Shown: positions 1 through 9,121 of the stretch, piece after piece
Layout: every line of letters starts with the position of its first letter
Position numbering within the stretch: the first letter of the stretch is position 1
Source: an uncultured Erysipelotrichaceae bacterium
Lineage (GTDB): Bacteria > Bacillota_I > Bacilli_A > RF39 > UBA660
NCBI GenBank assembly: GCA_902783315.1
Contig: CACZQK010000067.1
Span: 1-53,368 of the forward strand
Direction: 5' to 3'
DNA length: 53,368 nt
Program-made: the position numbers and the translations under genes
Notes under the pieces: model-generated
Databases searched by the model: none
Seen by the model: only the letters and a program-made list of their open reading frames with translations
Told to the model about the DNA's origin: nothing

Positions 1-726
1 GAAGAAAGAGTAGTTGTTTCAAACATTGCTGGCACTACTAGAGATTCTATTGACTCTGTTTTAAAATATAATAATGAAGAATATATAGTAATAGATACTG
101 CAGGAATGAGAAAAAAAGGAAAAGTGTTTGAAACAATTGAAAAATATAGTCTATTTCGTTCTTTAAAAGCAATTGACAGAAGTGATATCTGTCTAGTTTT
201 AATCAATGCTGAAGAAGGAATAAAAGAACAAGATAAACATATAGCTGGATATGCAATTGAAAGAGGAAAAGGATTAATCTTTGTAGTAAATAAATGGGAT
301 ACTGTTAATGATACAACTATTCAAGAATTTGAAAAATTAATGAGAGCAGAATTTCAGTTTGCAACCTATGCCCCAATTGTATTTTTATCTGCCCTAACAA
401 AGAAAAGAATACATACATTGATGCCTACAATTGAAAAAGTAAAAGAAAACATAAAAAAAGAAATAAAAACAAGCGTTTTAAATGAAGTAATTCAAGATGC
501 CTATCAATTAAATATACCACCATCTTATAAAGGAAAAAGATTAAAAATTTATTTTTGTTCTCAAACAGGTATTAATCCACCAAAATTTACTCTTAGAGTA
601 AATAATAAAGGATTAGTTCACTTTTCTTATGAAAGATATTTAGAAAATAAAATTAGAGAAAATTTTGATTTTACAGGAACACCTATCGTATTACAGTTTA
701 AGAATAGAAATGGAGAAGATTTATGA
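1..726 (+). CDS. der: GTPase Der/EngA, C-terminal part (5' end outside window)
   Basis: Frame 1 is open from base 1 (EERVVVSNIAGTTRDSID...IDTAGMRKKG...VVNKWD). These are the G-motifs of the second EngA GTPase domain, followed by a KH-like C-terminal domain. Stop TGA at 724-726. Confidence 0.9.
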   Translation, partial: EERVVVSNIAGTTRDSIDSVLKYNNEEYIVIDTAGMRKKGKVFETIEKYSLFRSLKAIDRSDICLVLINAEEGIKEQDKHIAGYAIERGKGLIFVVNKWDTVNDTTIQEFEKLMRAEFQFATYAPIVFLSALTKKRIHTLMPTIEKVKENIKKEIKTSVLNEVIQDAYQLNIPPSYKGKRLKIYFCSQTGINPPKFTLRVNNKGLVHFSYERYLENKIRENFDFTGTPIVLQFKNRNGEDL

Positions 727-965
727 TAATAGAAAAAGATAGCTTTCCAAGAAAAGCACCAAACTTTCAAAATCAGCAAAATTCTAATTTAAATAATAAT
801 CAAGCAAGGCATATTCCAATAAACCAATATGTTGACATTGGAAATAAAAAAGAGATGGCAGACAAAACATTTGATCTCTTACAATACAAACTAAAAAACG
901 GGCTTATTAGTTTAGATGAATTCAAAAAAAAATGTGACAAATTAAGAAAATTTAGAGAAAAGTAA
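723..965 (+). CDS. small hypothetical protein with SHOCT-like C-terminal helix
   Basis: ATGA start/stop overlap with der. 80 aa with a Q/N-rich N-half. The C-terminal LLQYKLKNGLISLDEFKKKCDKL resembles a SHOCT-type short domain. Confidence 0.45.
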   Translation: MIIEKDSFPRKAPNFQNQQNSNLNNNQARHIPINQYVDIGNKKEMADKTFDLLQYKLKNGLISLDEFKKKCDKLRKFREK

Positions 966-1007
966 AAAAAACAAAAACCTCACATATAAATACTATAGGA
1001 GGTTTTT

Positions 1008-1247
1008 ATGTTTAAAGATGCTTTATTTAACAAAATCGAAAAAAAAACAAATATCAATAAAGATACCATTCTCTCTTTAGCAAAAAAGTTACAAGAAAAT
1101 AATATGAAAGATGAAAATGCAATCTCTAGCGTTATAGACGATCTAAGTAAACTAACAGGAAGAACTGTCTCAAAAGAAAAAAAAGATAAAATAATTGATG
1201 TCATAAAAAAAGATAAAATACCAAAAAATATTGAAAACTTATTTTAA
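1008..1247 (+). CDS. stage VI sporulation protein F-like (SpoVIF/YjcC family)
   Basis: 79 aa with a GGAGG RBS 5 nt upstream. The pattern FNKIEKKTNINKDTILSLAKKLQ...NAISSVIDDLSKLTGRTVSKEKKDKI matches my memory of SpoVIF. Confidence 0.6.
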   Translation: MFKDALFNKIEKKTNINKDTILSLAKKLQENNMKDENAISSVIDDLSKLTGRTVSKEKKDKIIDVIKKDKIPKNIENLF

Positions 1248-1310
1248 AAGAACAATTATGTTCTTTTTTTTTATTAAAAATCATATTATTTATTAAATAA
1301 GGAGAAAATT

Positions 1311-2786
1311 ATGGAAAAATATGAAATTATAAAAAACATTGCCAAACGAAGTGGCGGAGATATTTATCTAGGAATTGTAGGTGCAGTCAGAACTGGAAAA
1401 TCTACTTTCATTAAAAAGATGGTAGAAACACTAATTGTACCAAATTTAACAGATGAATATGAGAAAAAAAGAGCTTTAGATGAAATACCCCAAAGTGCAG
1501 CGGGAAAAACCATTATGACAACAGAACCAAAATTTATACCAAATAATACAGCAAAAATAAAAATCGAAGATGTTAATTGCAATATAAAATTAATAGACTG
1601 CGTTGGATATATGATTAACAATGCCATTGGCGCAACAGATGAAAATGGTCCAAGAATGGTTAAAACACCATGGTATAATGATGAAATTCCTTTTACAGAA
1701 GCTGCAGAAATAGGAACAGAAAAAGTAATAAAGGAACATTCGACAATTGGCATCGTTATAACTTCAGACGGATCTTTTGGTGAATTTCAAAGAGATGATT
1801 ACATAGATGCCGAAACAAGAGTGATTAATGAATTGAAATCCATTGGAAAACCTTTTATTGTTATTTTAAACTCATCACATCCAACCTTTCCAGAAACAGA
1901 AAATATAGCTCAAGAATTAAAAGAAAAATATAATGTTCCTGTAATTCCAATTAGTATAGAAAATATGAACGAAAAAGATACCATATCAATCTTAAAAGAA
2001 GCACTATATGAATTCCCAGTATTGGAAGTAAAAATAAATATGCCAAAATGGATTTCTATTCTAAACCCAGAAAACAGAATAAAAAAATCATACATCGATG
2101 CAATAAAAGAAAGTGTTATAGAAATTGATAAAATTAAAGACGTTGAAAAAATAACTGAACATTTATTAAAAAATGAATATATTGAAAAAAGCTATTTATC
2201 AGAAATTGATACCTCAACAGGAATTATCACTGTCAATTTGACATCACCAGCAAAACTATATAATCAAACATTAAAAGAATTAATTAATATAGATATCAAA
2301 AACAAAGCTGATTTATTATCACTATTTCAAGAATTTAATACAGCAAAAAAAGAATATGACCAAATAAAATATGCCTTAAAAATGGTGAAACAAACTGGTT
2401 ATGGAATTGCTATACCATCAATTGAAGATATGAAATTAGACAAACCGGAAATAATAAAACAAGGTTCTAGATATGGAATAAAATTAAAAGCTGTAGCACC
2501 ATCAATTCATATGATTAGAGTTGATGTAGAGTCGACCTTTGAACCAATTATAGGAAGTGAATTACAAAGCAAAGAATTAATAGATTATATAACAAAAGGA
2601 AAAGATGAAGAAAATAAGGAGATTTGGAAAAGTGAAATTTTTGGACGCAGTATAGACTCTATCGTTCAAGAAGGGATCCAATCAAAAATAAATCTAATGC
2701 CGGATAACATTAGATTTAAATTACAAAATACTCTTTCTAAGGTTGTCAATAAAGGATCTAATAACATGATTGCTATTGTAATATAA
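1311..2786 (+). CDS. spoIVA: stage IV sporulation protein A (spore coat morphogenetic ATPase)
   Basis: 491 aa with an N-terminal Walker A (GIVGAVRTGKSTFIKK). Length and overall sequence are typical of SpoIVA. AGGAGA RBS. Confidence 0.92.
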   Translation: MEKYEIIKNIAKRSGGDIYLGIVGAVRTGKSTFIKKMVETLIVPNLTDEYEKKRALDEIPQSAAGKTIMTTEPKFIPNNTAKIKIEDVNCNIKLIDCVGYMINNAIGATDENGPRMVKTPWYNDEIPFTEAAEIGTEKVIKEHSTIGIVITSDGSFGEFQRDDYIDAETRVINELKSIGKPFIVILNSSHPTFPETENIAQELKEKYNVPVIPISIENMNEKDTISILKEALYEFPVLEVKINMPKWISILNPENRIKKSYIDAIKESVIEIDKIKDVEKITEHLLKNEYIEKSYLSEIDTSTGIITVNLTSPAKLYNQTLKELINIDIKNKADLLSLFQEFNTAKKEYDQIKYALKMVKQTGYGIAIPSIEDMKLDKPEIIKQGSRYGIKLKAVAPSIHMIRVDVESTFEPIIGSELQSKELIDYITKGKDEENKEIWKSEIFGRSIDSIVQEGIQSKINLMPDNIRFKLQNTLSKVVNKGSNNMIAIVI

Positions 2787-2790
2787 ATAT

Positions 2791-2826
2791 AAAAAGTAAG
2801 CACCAAAAAATTGTGTTTACTTTTTA
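2791..2826. terminator. hairpin terminator between convergent genes
   Basis: AAAAAGTAAGCAC-loop-GTGTTTACTTTTT, an imperfect inverted repeat flanked by A and T runs, located between spoIVA and the convergent minus-strand gene. Confidence 0.6.
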
Positions 2827-2857
2827 TATACCAATTTTTATAGACATATACAACCGT

Positions 2858-3553
2858 TTACTGAGACAACTTAGAAACATACAAATTATATTGATTATAC
2901 AAAGCTTCGGTTTGAAAACGAATTTCTCCTTCTTCTAATTTCCAAAAATCCTTATTTACAATCAAAAAATTCAACAACTCCCCACTAACTTCAAAAACCT
3001 CATTTGCTTCTACTTTTATTTGCGAAAGAAAAACCTTAGCATCGCTAAACTGCTTTTTCATTGAATCACTCAAAATCATATCTACATATAAATCATAATA
3101 GTGAGTATTACTAATTTTTTCTTTACCATAAGCTCGAATCACATCTTCCTCTGAATTGACTAAAAGTTGATCTATTTGAGAATTAAATTCTTCCTTGGCT
3201 GCTTGTAAATAAGTAAGGGACTCCTTAAACTCAGGTCCATCTTTTACATAATTGTTATAAGAAAATAATTGAGTAAGCTTAGAATCTCCCATAATACTTA
3301 GCATTTTTTGCAAAGAAATAGCATAATCATCTAAATAAGTCTTAACTGACTTTTCTACGATCCCATAATTACCTCTTGTCCTTACTTTTAGATTATATCG
3401 ATTCTTAGTAATATCAAGCTTTGATATTGTTTTAGCTTCTTCTTTCAAAGTGTTTGCCATAGTAGCATCCCTAACTACCAAAAATCCAATTATCAAAAAA
3501 GAATTTAATAAAATACAAATAATGATTAAAAAAAACTTTTTATGCTTACTCAT
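2858..3553 (-). CDS. membrane-anchored hypothetical protein
   Basis: The ORF track starts at 3574, but AGAGGTGA precedes the ATG at 3553 (MSKHKKFFLIIICILL...). There is one N-terminal TM helix followed by a helical extracytoplasmic part. Confidence 0.6.
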   Translation of the reverse strand: MSKHKKFFLIIICILLNSFLIIGFLVVRDATMANTLKEEAKTISKLDITKNRYNLKVRTRGNYGIVEKSVKTYLDDYAISLQKMLSIMGDSKLTQLFSYNNYVKDGPEFKESLTYLQAAKEEFNSQIDQLLVNSEEDVIRAYGKEKISNTHYYDLYVDMILSDSMKKQFSDAKVFLSQIKVEANEVFEVSGELLNFLIVNKDFWKLEEGEIRFQTEALYNQYNLYVSKLSQ

Positions 3554-3611
3554 AATTTCACCTCTATCACACAATCAAAACTCTTTTTCATAATATAAAT
3601 AATTAAGAAAA

Positions 3612-4208
3612 TCAAAGGACTTCTCTGCCTACTAAAGCTTCTATTTTGTTAAGGACTTCTTTCAAACCTAACTTCGTAACACTAGAAAAAACAACCAAAT
3701 CATCCCCAACAACTAAATCCAATGTATCCAAAATAACCTTTAAATTCTTTTGCTTTTTACTACCTCCTACTTTATCTGCCTTAGTAGCAACAACAGTAAC
3801 AGGAAGATTATAATACTTTAAAAAATTATACATTAACAAATCATCCTCTGTAGGTTTATGACGAAAATCTATTAACATAAAAACTCTTTTTAACTGTTGT
3901 CTTTTTTCTAAATACTCTTCAATCATCATCCCAAACTTTGCCTGAGTTTTCTTATCAACAGCTGCATACCCATATCCTGGAACATCAATTAGATAAAAGG
4001 AATTATTTACTCCATAAAAATTTAATGTTTGTGTCTTACCAGGTACAGCTGAAGTGTAGGCCAAATTTTTCCGTCCTAAAACGCAATTAATAAAACTACT
4101 TTTTCCAACATTACTTCTTCCAACTAATAAAAACTCTGGCTTTAAGTCATCAGGATATTGACTTCGCCTAGTAGCCATAACATTTAAATTTGCATCTTTA
4201 ATTATCAT
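3612..4208 (-). CDS. engB: ribosome biogenesis GTP-binding protein YsxC/EngB
   Basis: 198 aa with a GRSNVGKSSFIN P-loop and DVPGYGY and TKADK motifs. Confidence 0.9.
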   Translation of the reverse strand: MIIKDANLNVMATRRSQYPDDLKPEFLLVGRSNVGKSSFINCVLGRKNLAYTSAVPGKTQTLNFYGVNNSFYLIDVPGYGYAAVDKKTQAKFGMMIEEYLEKRQQLKRVFMLIDFRHKPTEDDLLMYNFLKYYNLPVTVVATKADKVGGSKKQKNLKVILDTLDLVVGDDLVVFSSVTKLGLKEVLNKIEALVGREVL

Positions 4209-5163
4209 AATTATCCCTCTCTTCTTCTCTTATATATCGTTCAAGCTCTAAATCCAAATCCTTTATAACTAGCATTGCATCTTCCAAATTCTTTGTTCTA
4301 ACTCCAGAAGCATATTTGTGACCACCACCACAATGCTTTTCAGCAATATGATTAATTTGAGGACCACGAGATCGAATAGAAATACGATACTGATTATTTT
4401 TAATATCCTCTGTTATTGTTACCCAAACAAGAACCTCTTTTATATAATTAAAGTTATTAATCATATTTCCAGCAGAAGCACTATCTACCCCAAATTGATT
4501 AATAATATTATCTGAAATAATAACATATCCAAGTCCAAAACTTGTAACTTTCATATTTAAAGAAATATACCCTTCTAATCTAACCTCACTCATTGGTCTC
4601 ATATATAATTTTTCGTAAATTACACTAAAATCAAAAGGATATTGTCTTAAAAAATCCGAAACAAGTTTAAAAGTTTGAAAATTACAACTGTTAAATAAAA
4701 AACGATTAGAATCCGACACCAAACCCATATATAATAATTCAGCAATAGAACTATTACATTGCAATTCAGTTTGTGAAATCACTTTCATTATAATCTCACA
4801 AGTAGAAGTTGTATCTTCTTCTATAATTTCTAAATCACAAATTCTTTCAATAAAAGGATGATGATCAATTTTAATAGAGAAAGCATAATCACTTGGACTT
4901 GCAGAATCAATTCTTCGTAAATCAGGAGTATCACAAACAATCAATAAAGCATTATCAACTTTTTTTAATTTATCCAATTTTCCAAATGAATGAAATCTAG
5001 AACTCCCTGTACCAATCGCCAAGACCAGTTTATCCGGATATGTCAATTGAATAGAATCCCTCAAAGCCAATTGACTACATAAGGCATCGGGATCAACACC
5101 AATATGTCTTGCAACAACAATTGTGTCAAATTTTTTTATTTTTTCTATTAATTCACTATACAT
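4198..5163 (-). CDS. nrnA: DHH/DHHA1 phosphoesterase (NrnA-type oligoribonuclease / pAp phosphatase)
   Basis: 321 aa with DHH-family motifs (ARHIGVDPDALCS, IKIDHHP) and a DHHA1 GGGH motif (HCGGGHKYASG). Confidence 0.85.
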   Translation of the reverse strand: MYSELIEKIKKFDTIVVARHIGVDPDALCSQLALRDSIQLTYPDKLVLAIGTGSSRFHSFGKLDKLKKVDNALLIVCDTPDLRRIDSASPSDYAFSIKIDHHPFIERICDLEIIEEDTTSTCEIIMKVISQTELQCNSSIAELLYMGLVSDSNRFLFNSCNFQTFKLVSDFLRQYPFDFSVIYEKLYMRPMSEVRLEGYISLNMKVTSFGLGYVIISDNIINQFGVDSASAGNMINNFNYIKEVLVWVTITEDIKNNQYRISIRSRGPQINHIAEKHCGGGHKYASGVRTKNLEDAMLVIKDLDLELERYIREEERDNYDN

Positions 5164-5174
5164 TTATCATTTTC

Positions 5175-6359
5175 CTATCCATTTAGCACTTTCCAAGTAT
5201 CCCTAGCAATTAACAAATCCTCTTTTGCAGGAATTACATAAACCAGTACAGAAGAATCCGCGGCACTGATTTTTATAGCTTTATGACAAGTATTATTCGC
5301 ATCTAAATCAATTTTTACTCCCAATGAACAAAGTTTTTCACAAATTTCACGACGCAAAGAGACTTGCTTTTCACCTATCTCACCTGTAAAAGAAATAATA
5401 TCAACGCCCCCTAACAAAACATAATATTGAGCAATGTAATCAACAATTTGACGTACATACTTATCTTTTGCTAAACTAGCATTCCTATTCCCCTCCTCAG
5501 ACAAAGACATGATGGCATCAATATCATTGGTAATCTCACTCATTCCTAACAAGCCACCATCATAATTCAAATCATCCAACACTTCTGATGCATTTTTACC
5601 CTCTTTTTCCATTATATATGGAATAATAGAGGGATCAATATCGCCACAACTTGTACCCATCATAGTACCAGAATATAAAGAAAAGCCCATAGAAGTATCA
5701 ACACATTTACAATTCTTGATAGCACTAATACTAACATCTTCGCTTCCTAAATAACAGCTAATCAAATTAAAATTATCCCTATTAAATAAATTCTTAACAT
5801 AATTAGTAATATATTGATGAGTTATGCCATAAAAACCATATTTACGGATTCCATAATCAAGATACCAACGACGAGGAACAGCATATAAAAATGCACTTTC
5901 ATCCATAAATTCATAAAAGGCCGTATCAAAAACACCAACTATAGGTATTCCAAAAAAAACATTTTGAAAAGCCTTTATTCCAGTAATATTATCTTGCATA
6001 AAGCTTGGAACAATATCCAAAAAGTCCTCCAATTGCTGAATATCAGCTTCGTTTAAAAGTGTGCTCTTGTAAAAGCAATCCTTCCCATGAAAAACAAAAT
6101 AGCCAATACCTTTAATATCTTCCATAGAAGATATAATTTCTAAAGAAAGAAGTTTATCCAACAAAACTTTAGCAACCTCAACACAATCAGTAAGAACAAT
6201 TTCCTCTCTAATTTTTTCACCGTTATAAACAATTGTGTAATAGCTATTTGGCATACCTATTCTTTCAAAAGTACCACTAGCTATAACAAATTCAGTTCCA
6301 ATATCAAACAATGTAAATACTAAAGATTTATTACTATATTTAACAGAAATAACCTTCAC
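5175..6359 (-). CDS. acetate/propionate kinase-family paralogue with degenerate active site (probable pseudoenzyme)
   Basis: 394 aa, alignable along its full length with the AckA at 7443-8642. Motif changes are VNAGSSSLKF->VKYSNKSLVF, GHRVLHGG->GYFVFHGK, LHHPGN->SFMQDN, GFHGTSH->GFYGITH and MGTRCG->MGTSCG. DTAF is retained. Confidence 0.8.
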   Translation of the reverse strand: MKVISVKYSNKSLVFTLFDIGTEFVIASGTFERIGMPNSYYTIVYNGEKIREEIVLTDCVEVAKVLLDKLLSLEIISSMEDIKGIGYFVFHGKDCFYKSTLLNEADIQQLEDFLDIVPSFMQDNITGIKAFQNVFFGIPIVGVFDTAFYEFMDESAFLYAVPRRWYLDYGIRKYGFYGITHQYITNYVKNLFNRDNFNLISCYLGSEDVSISAIKNCKCVDTSMGFSLYSGTMMGTSCGDIDPSIIPYIMEKEGKNASEVLDDLNYDGGLLGMSEITNDIDAIMSLSEEGNRNASLAKDKYVRQIVDYIAQYYVLLGGVDIISFTGEIGEKQVSLRREICEKLCSLGVKIDLDANNTCHKAIKISAADSSVLVYVIPAKEDLLIARDTWKVLNG

Positions 6360-6433
6360 AAAAATCTCTCCTTCTGAGAATTTACTATCATTATTATACT
6401 ATAAAGAGCAATGAAAAAAAAGTCTATTTAAAA

Positions 6434-7312
6434 CTAACATATTTTAAAGCCACAAGAAGTACAATAGTTACAACCATCAACATTATTTCCACAATTTGAA
6501 CAAAAGTGAACACCTTTTTTAGCAGAAATGGCATCTTTCTGTGAACTTTCATTCACTATCATATTTAAATTTTCTTCTTCAATATCATTATATAAAAATC
6601 GTTGTTCATCAGAAACTTCATCAACTATTTTAAAAGAAGTTATAAACATAAGCGATAAAAATATCAAAAATAAGAAAAGAAAAGAAAAAATACCTGTTGC
6701 AGCAAAATGTAAAATAACAGTATTATAAAACGTATGCAAAACAGTAGGAATGATAAAACTTAAAATCATATATTTTCTACATTTATTTTCTTCTTTACTA
6801 ATCTCACTCATCTTAGCTTTAGAAAAGTAATAACCCATAACAACTCCAAAACAAGTATGACCTGGAACCGAAGTAAACGCCCTTAATAAAGCATTACCCA
6901 AGCCATTTGAAAAAACATATAAAATATTTTCAACACAAGCAAAACCTAAAGATGCAAAAACAGAATAAACAATAATATCATATATCTCATCAAATTCTTT
7001 TATATCATAACCAAGCTTTTTAGTAACAATCCATTTAAATCCCTCTTCGATAAAAGCAACAGAAATAAAAATATTAATAAATAATAACCAAAAATTTTCT
7101 AACACTGTATCAAGAGAATAATACTTTTGAATAAAAACTTCCAAAAAAATAATTGGAATAGTTGTTATACAACCACACACAAATATCCTCAAAAGAGTCT
7201 TGCTAGGCTCAGGATTTACATCCTTTTTATAAATATAATAACATAAGGCTAAAACTGGTAAAACTGCAGCTAAAAAACATAATATCCAAAAAAGCAAATT
7301 CAAATTAAACAC
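6434..7312 (-). CDS. PrsW-family intramembrane protease with C-terminal zinc-ribbon
   Basis: Polytopic membrane protein with the EEGFKW and HTCFG motifs typical of PrsW. The C-terminus is FCSNCGNNVDGCNYCTSCGFKIC (two CxxC pairs). Confidence 0.7.
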   Translation of the reverse strand: MFNLNLLFWILCFLAAVLPVLALCYYIYKKDVNPEPSKTLLRIFVCGCITTIPIIFLEVFIQKYYSLDTVLENFWLLFINIFISVAFIEEGFKWIVTKKLGYDIKEFDEIYDIIVYSVFASLGFACVENILYVFSNGLGNALLRAFTSVPGHTCFGVVMGYYFSKAKMSEISKEENKCRKYMILSFIIPTVLHTFYNTVILHFAATGIFSFLFLFLIFLSLMFITSFKIVDEVSDEQRFLYNDIEEENLNMIVNESSQKDAISAKKGVHFCSNCGNNVDGCNYCTSCGFKIC

Positions 7313-7380
7313 CTACCATAAAATAACTAAATAGTTTATAGAAAAGAATATATAAAAGCTTTCCTATATAATTATAGCAC

Positions 7381-7405
7381 AAAAAAAGAGATATTTCTCT
7401 TTTCT
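7381..7405 (-). terminator. rho-independent terminator downstream of ackA
   Basis: Minus strand reads AGAGAAATATCTCT followed by TTTTTTT. Confidence 0.5.
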
Positions 7406-7442
7406 CTTATAATAAAATTATTACAGAAGGTTATTAACATCT

Positions 7443-8642
7443 CTATCCTTCCATAATAATATTATACGCATCTTTAACAATCATCAACTCTTCATTAGTA
7501 GGCACAACCCATACCGGAATTTTAGAATCAGTAGAACTAATAATACCCTCTTGCTTATCCTTGTAACTTGCAATTGAAGAATTCTCTTTTTGATCTATTT
7601 TAATTCCTAAAGGAGTTAATTTATTAAGAATAGATTCTCTGACTTCTATTCCATTCTCACCAACACCAGCAGTAAAGACAATAGCATCTACCTTTCCTTC
7701 AAGTTCTATATAATATTGTGCAATATAATTTGCTACTCGATTGTTATACATATTAAGGGCCAAAATAGCTCTCTCATCCCCACTAGCAGCAGCGTTTTCA
7801 ACATCACGACAATCACTAAAACCAGCAACGCCCAAAAGACCACTTTTCTTATTTAAAGCACTTGTAATATCTGAAATATTTTCACCAGACTCTTTACATA
7901 CATATTCCAAAATAGATGAATCAATTGCTCCACAACGTGTACCCATCATTAAACCATCAAGAGGGGTAATTCCCATTGTCGTATCAAAACACCTACCATT
8001 TTTAATAGCACTAATGCTTGCACCACTACCAATATGGCAAATGATTAGGTTAACATCATCTTTAGCCACCCTTTTCTTCATAACACCTGTAATATACTTG
8101 TGACTTGTTCCATGAAAGCCATATTTACGAACTCCATACTTTAAGTACCATTCATAAGGAACAGGATAAATATAATTTTCCTTAGGCATTGTTTGATGAA
8201 AAGCTGTATCATATACAGCAACCATAGGTACCTTAGGCAAAACTGCTCTCAAAGCCTCAATTCCTGCTAAATTGCCAGGATGATGAAGAGGTCCAAGCTT
8301 AGTTAAATCCTTAATATCTTGAATAACCTCATCTGTAATTAATACTGAATCATTGTATTTTTCACCACCATGTAGAACCCTATGGCCAACTCCTTTAATT
8401 TCATCAAGAGAATTAACAACTTTATTTTCCAATAATTCATTAAATAATACTTCAACAGCTTCATGATGATTTTTTAAATACTTTTCACCCTTAATCTTTT
8501 GTCCATTGACTTTAGTATTCCAAAAACTATCTTCCATTCCTATTTTTTCAATATAACCACTAATAAGAACCGTTTCTTTAGGCATTTCAAATAATTGAAA
8601 TTTTAAAGAACTACTACCTGCATTCACACATAAAAACTTCAT
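7443..8642 (-). CDS. ackA: acetate kinase
   Basis: 399 aa with all canonical motifs present: VNAGSSSLKF, GHRVLHGG, PLHHPGN, DTAFH, GFHGTSH, HIGSGASI, MGTRCG and PTNEE. Confidence 0.93.
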   Translation of the reverse strand: MKFLCVNAGSSSLKFQLFEMPKETVLISGYIEKIGMEDSFWNTKVNGQKIKGEKYLKNHHEAVEVLFNELLENKVVNSLDEIKGVGHRVLHGGEKYNDSVLITDEVIQDIKDLTKLGPLHHPGNLAGIEALRAVLPKVPMVAVYDTAFHQTMPKENYIYPVPYEWYLKYGVRKYGFHGTSHKYITGVMKKRVAKDDVNLIICHIGSGASISAIKNGRCFDTTMGITPLDGLMMGTRCGAIDSSILEYVCKESGENISDITSALNKKSGLLGVAGFSDCRDVENAAASGDERAILALNMYNNRVANYIAQYYIELEGKVDAIVFTAGVGENGIEVRESILNKLTPLGIKIDQKENSSIASYKDKQEGIISSTDSKIPVWVVPTNEELMIVKDAYNIIMEG

Positions 8643-8737
8643 ACATCTTCTCTCCTTTTTATAAACACTATATTATCAAACTACAAAAAAGATTTCAAGA
8701 AATAACCTAAGCAAAAAGAACAAGTTTATAAAACACA

Positions 8738-8768
8738 TCAAAAAATATGTGCTAAGGGCACATATTTC
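8738..8768 (-). terminator. rho-independent terminator downstream of SASP gene
   Basis: Minus strand reads ATATGTGCCCTTAGCACATAT followed by TTTTTT. Confidence 0.6.
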
Positions 8769-8796
8769 ATATTTTAATTTACAACTTTGCTACAAA

Positions 8797-9063
8797 TTAT
8801 TTGCTACTCTTTTTACTTCTTTTCTTATTATTCTTTTTAGCAGAATTAGATGAAGATGACAAAGTTTTAGAACGACTCATACCAGTTTCAACTAATCGTT
8901 TTGTAATTTCACCACCAACAATACCATTTTCTCTACTACTCGCATTTGCACCTAAATTTACCCCAAATTCATTTGCTATTTCATATTTCATCTTTTCAAC
9001 AGAATTTTTAGAACCGGGTACTCTTACTTTCATAGAAACATTATGGTTCCTTTTTTTTGACAT
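8797..9063 (-). CDS. small acid-soluble spore protein, alpha/beta type, with Ser/Lys-rich C-terminal tail
   Basis: [33 protein letters not shown] is the alpha/beta SASP core, including a GPR-type EIANEF site. The GTG at 9072 in the ORF track lies inside the RBS GGAGGTG, so the real ATG is at 9063 (88 aa). Confidence 0.9.
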   Translation of the reverse strand: MSKKRNHNVSMKVRVPGSKNSVEKMKYEIANEFGVNLGANASSRENGIVGGEITKRLVETGMSRSKTLSSSSNSAKKNNKKRSKKSSK

Positions 9064-9086
9064 ATATTTCACCTCCTATACAATTA

Positions 9087-9115
9087 TAGGATGTAACTTT
9101 TTTAGAATTTAATAC
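9087..9115 (-). promoter_or_regulatory. candidate forespore (sigma-G/F-type) promoter of SASP gene
   Basis: Minus strand reads GTATT-17 nt-CATCCTA, compared with the sigma-G consensus GHATR-17/18-CATnnTA. It ends about 24 nt upstream of the ATG. Confidence 0.4.
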
Positions 9116-9121
9116 CTAATA

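Noticed and set aside
723-726. Possibility of Mollicutes-type code 4 (TGA = Trp), given the extreme AT content
   Set aside because: TGA terminates well-defined genes at the expected lengths (der at 724-726, the adhesin at 42537-42539), and Trp is encoded by TGG within conserved motifs.
8643-8737. CcpA cre site upstream of ackA
   Set aside because: I found no convincing match to WTGNAANCGNWNNCW when reading both strands of the region.
8801-9112. 103-aa plus-strand ORF antisense to the SASP gene
   Set aside because: It is a low-complexity L/F-rich translation of the complement of a clearly recognisable SASP gene, and it has no RBS.
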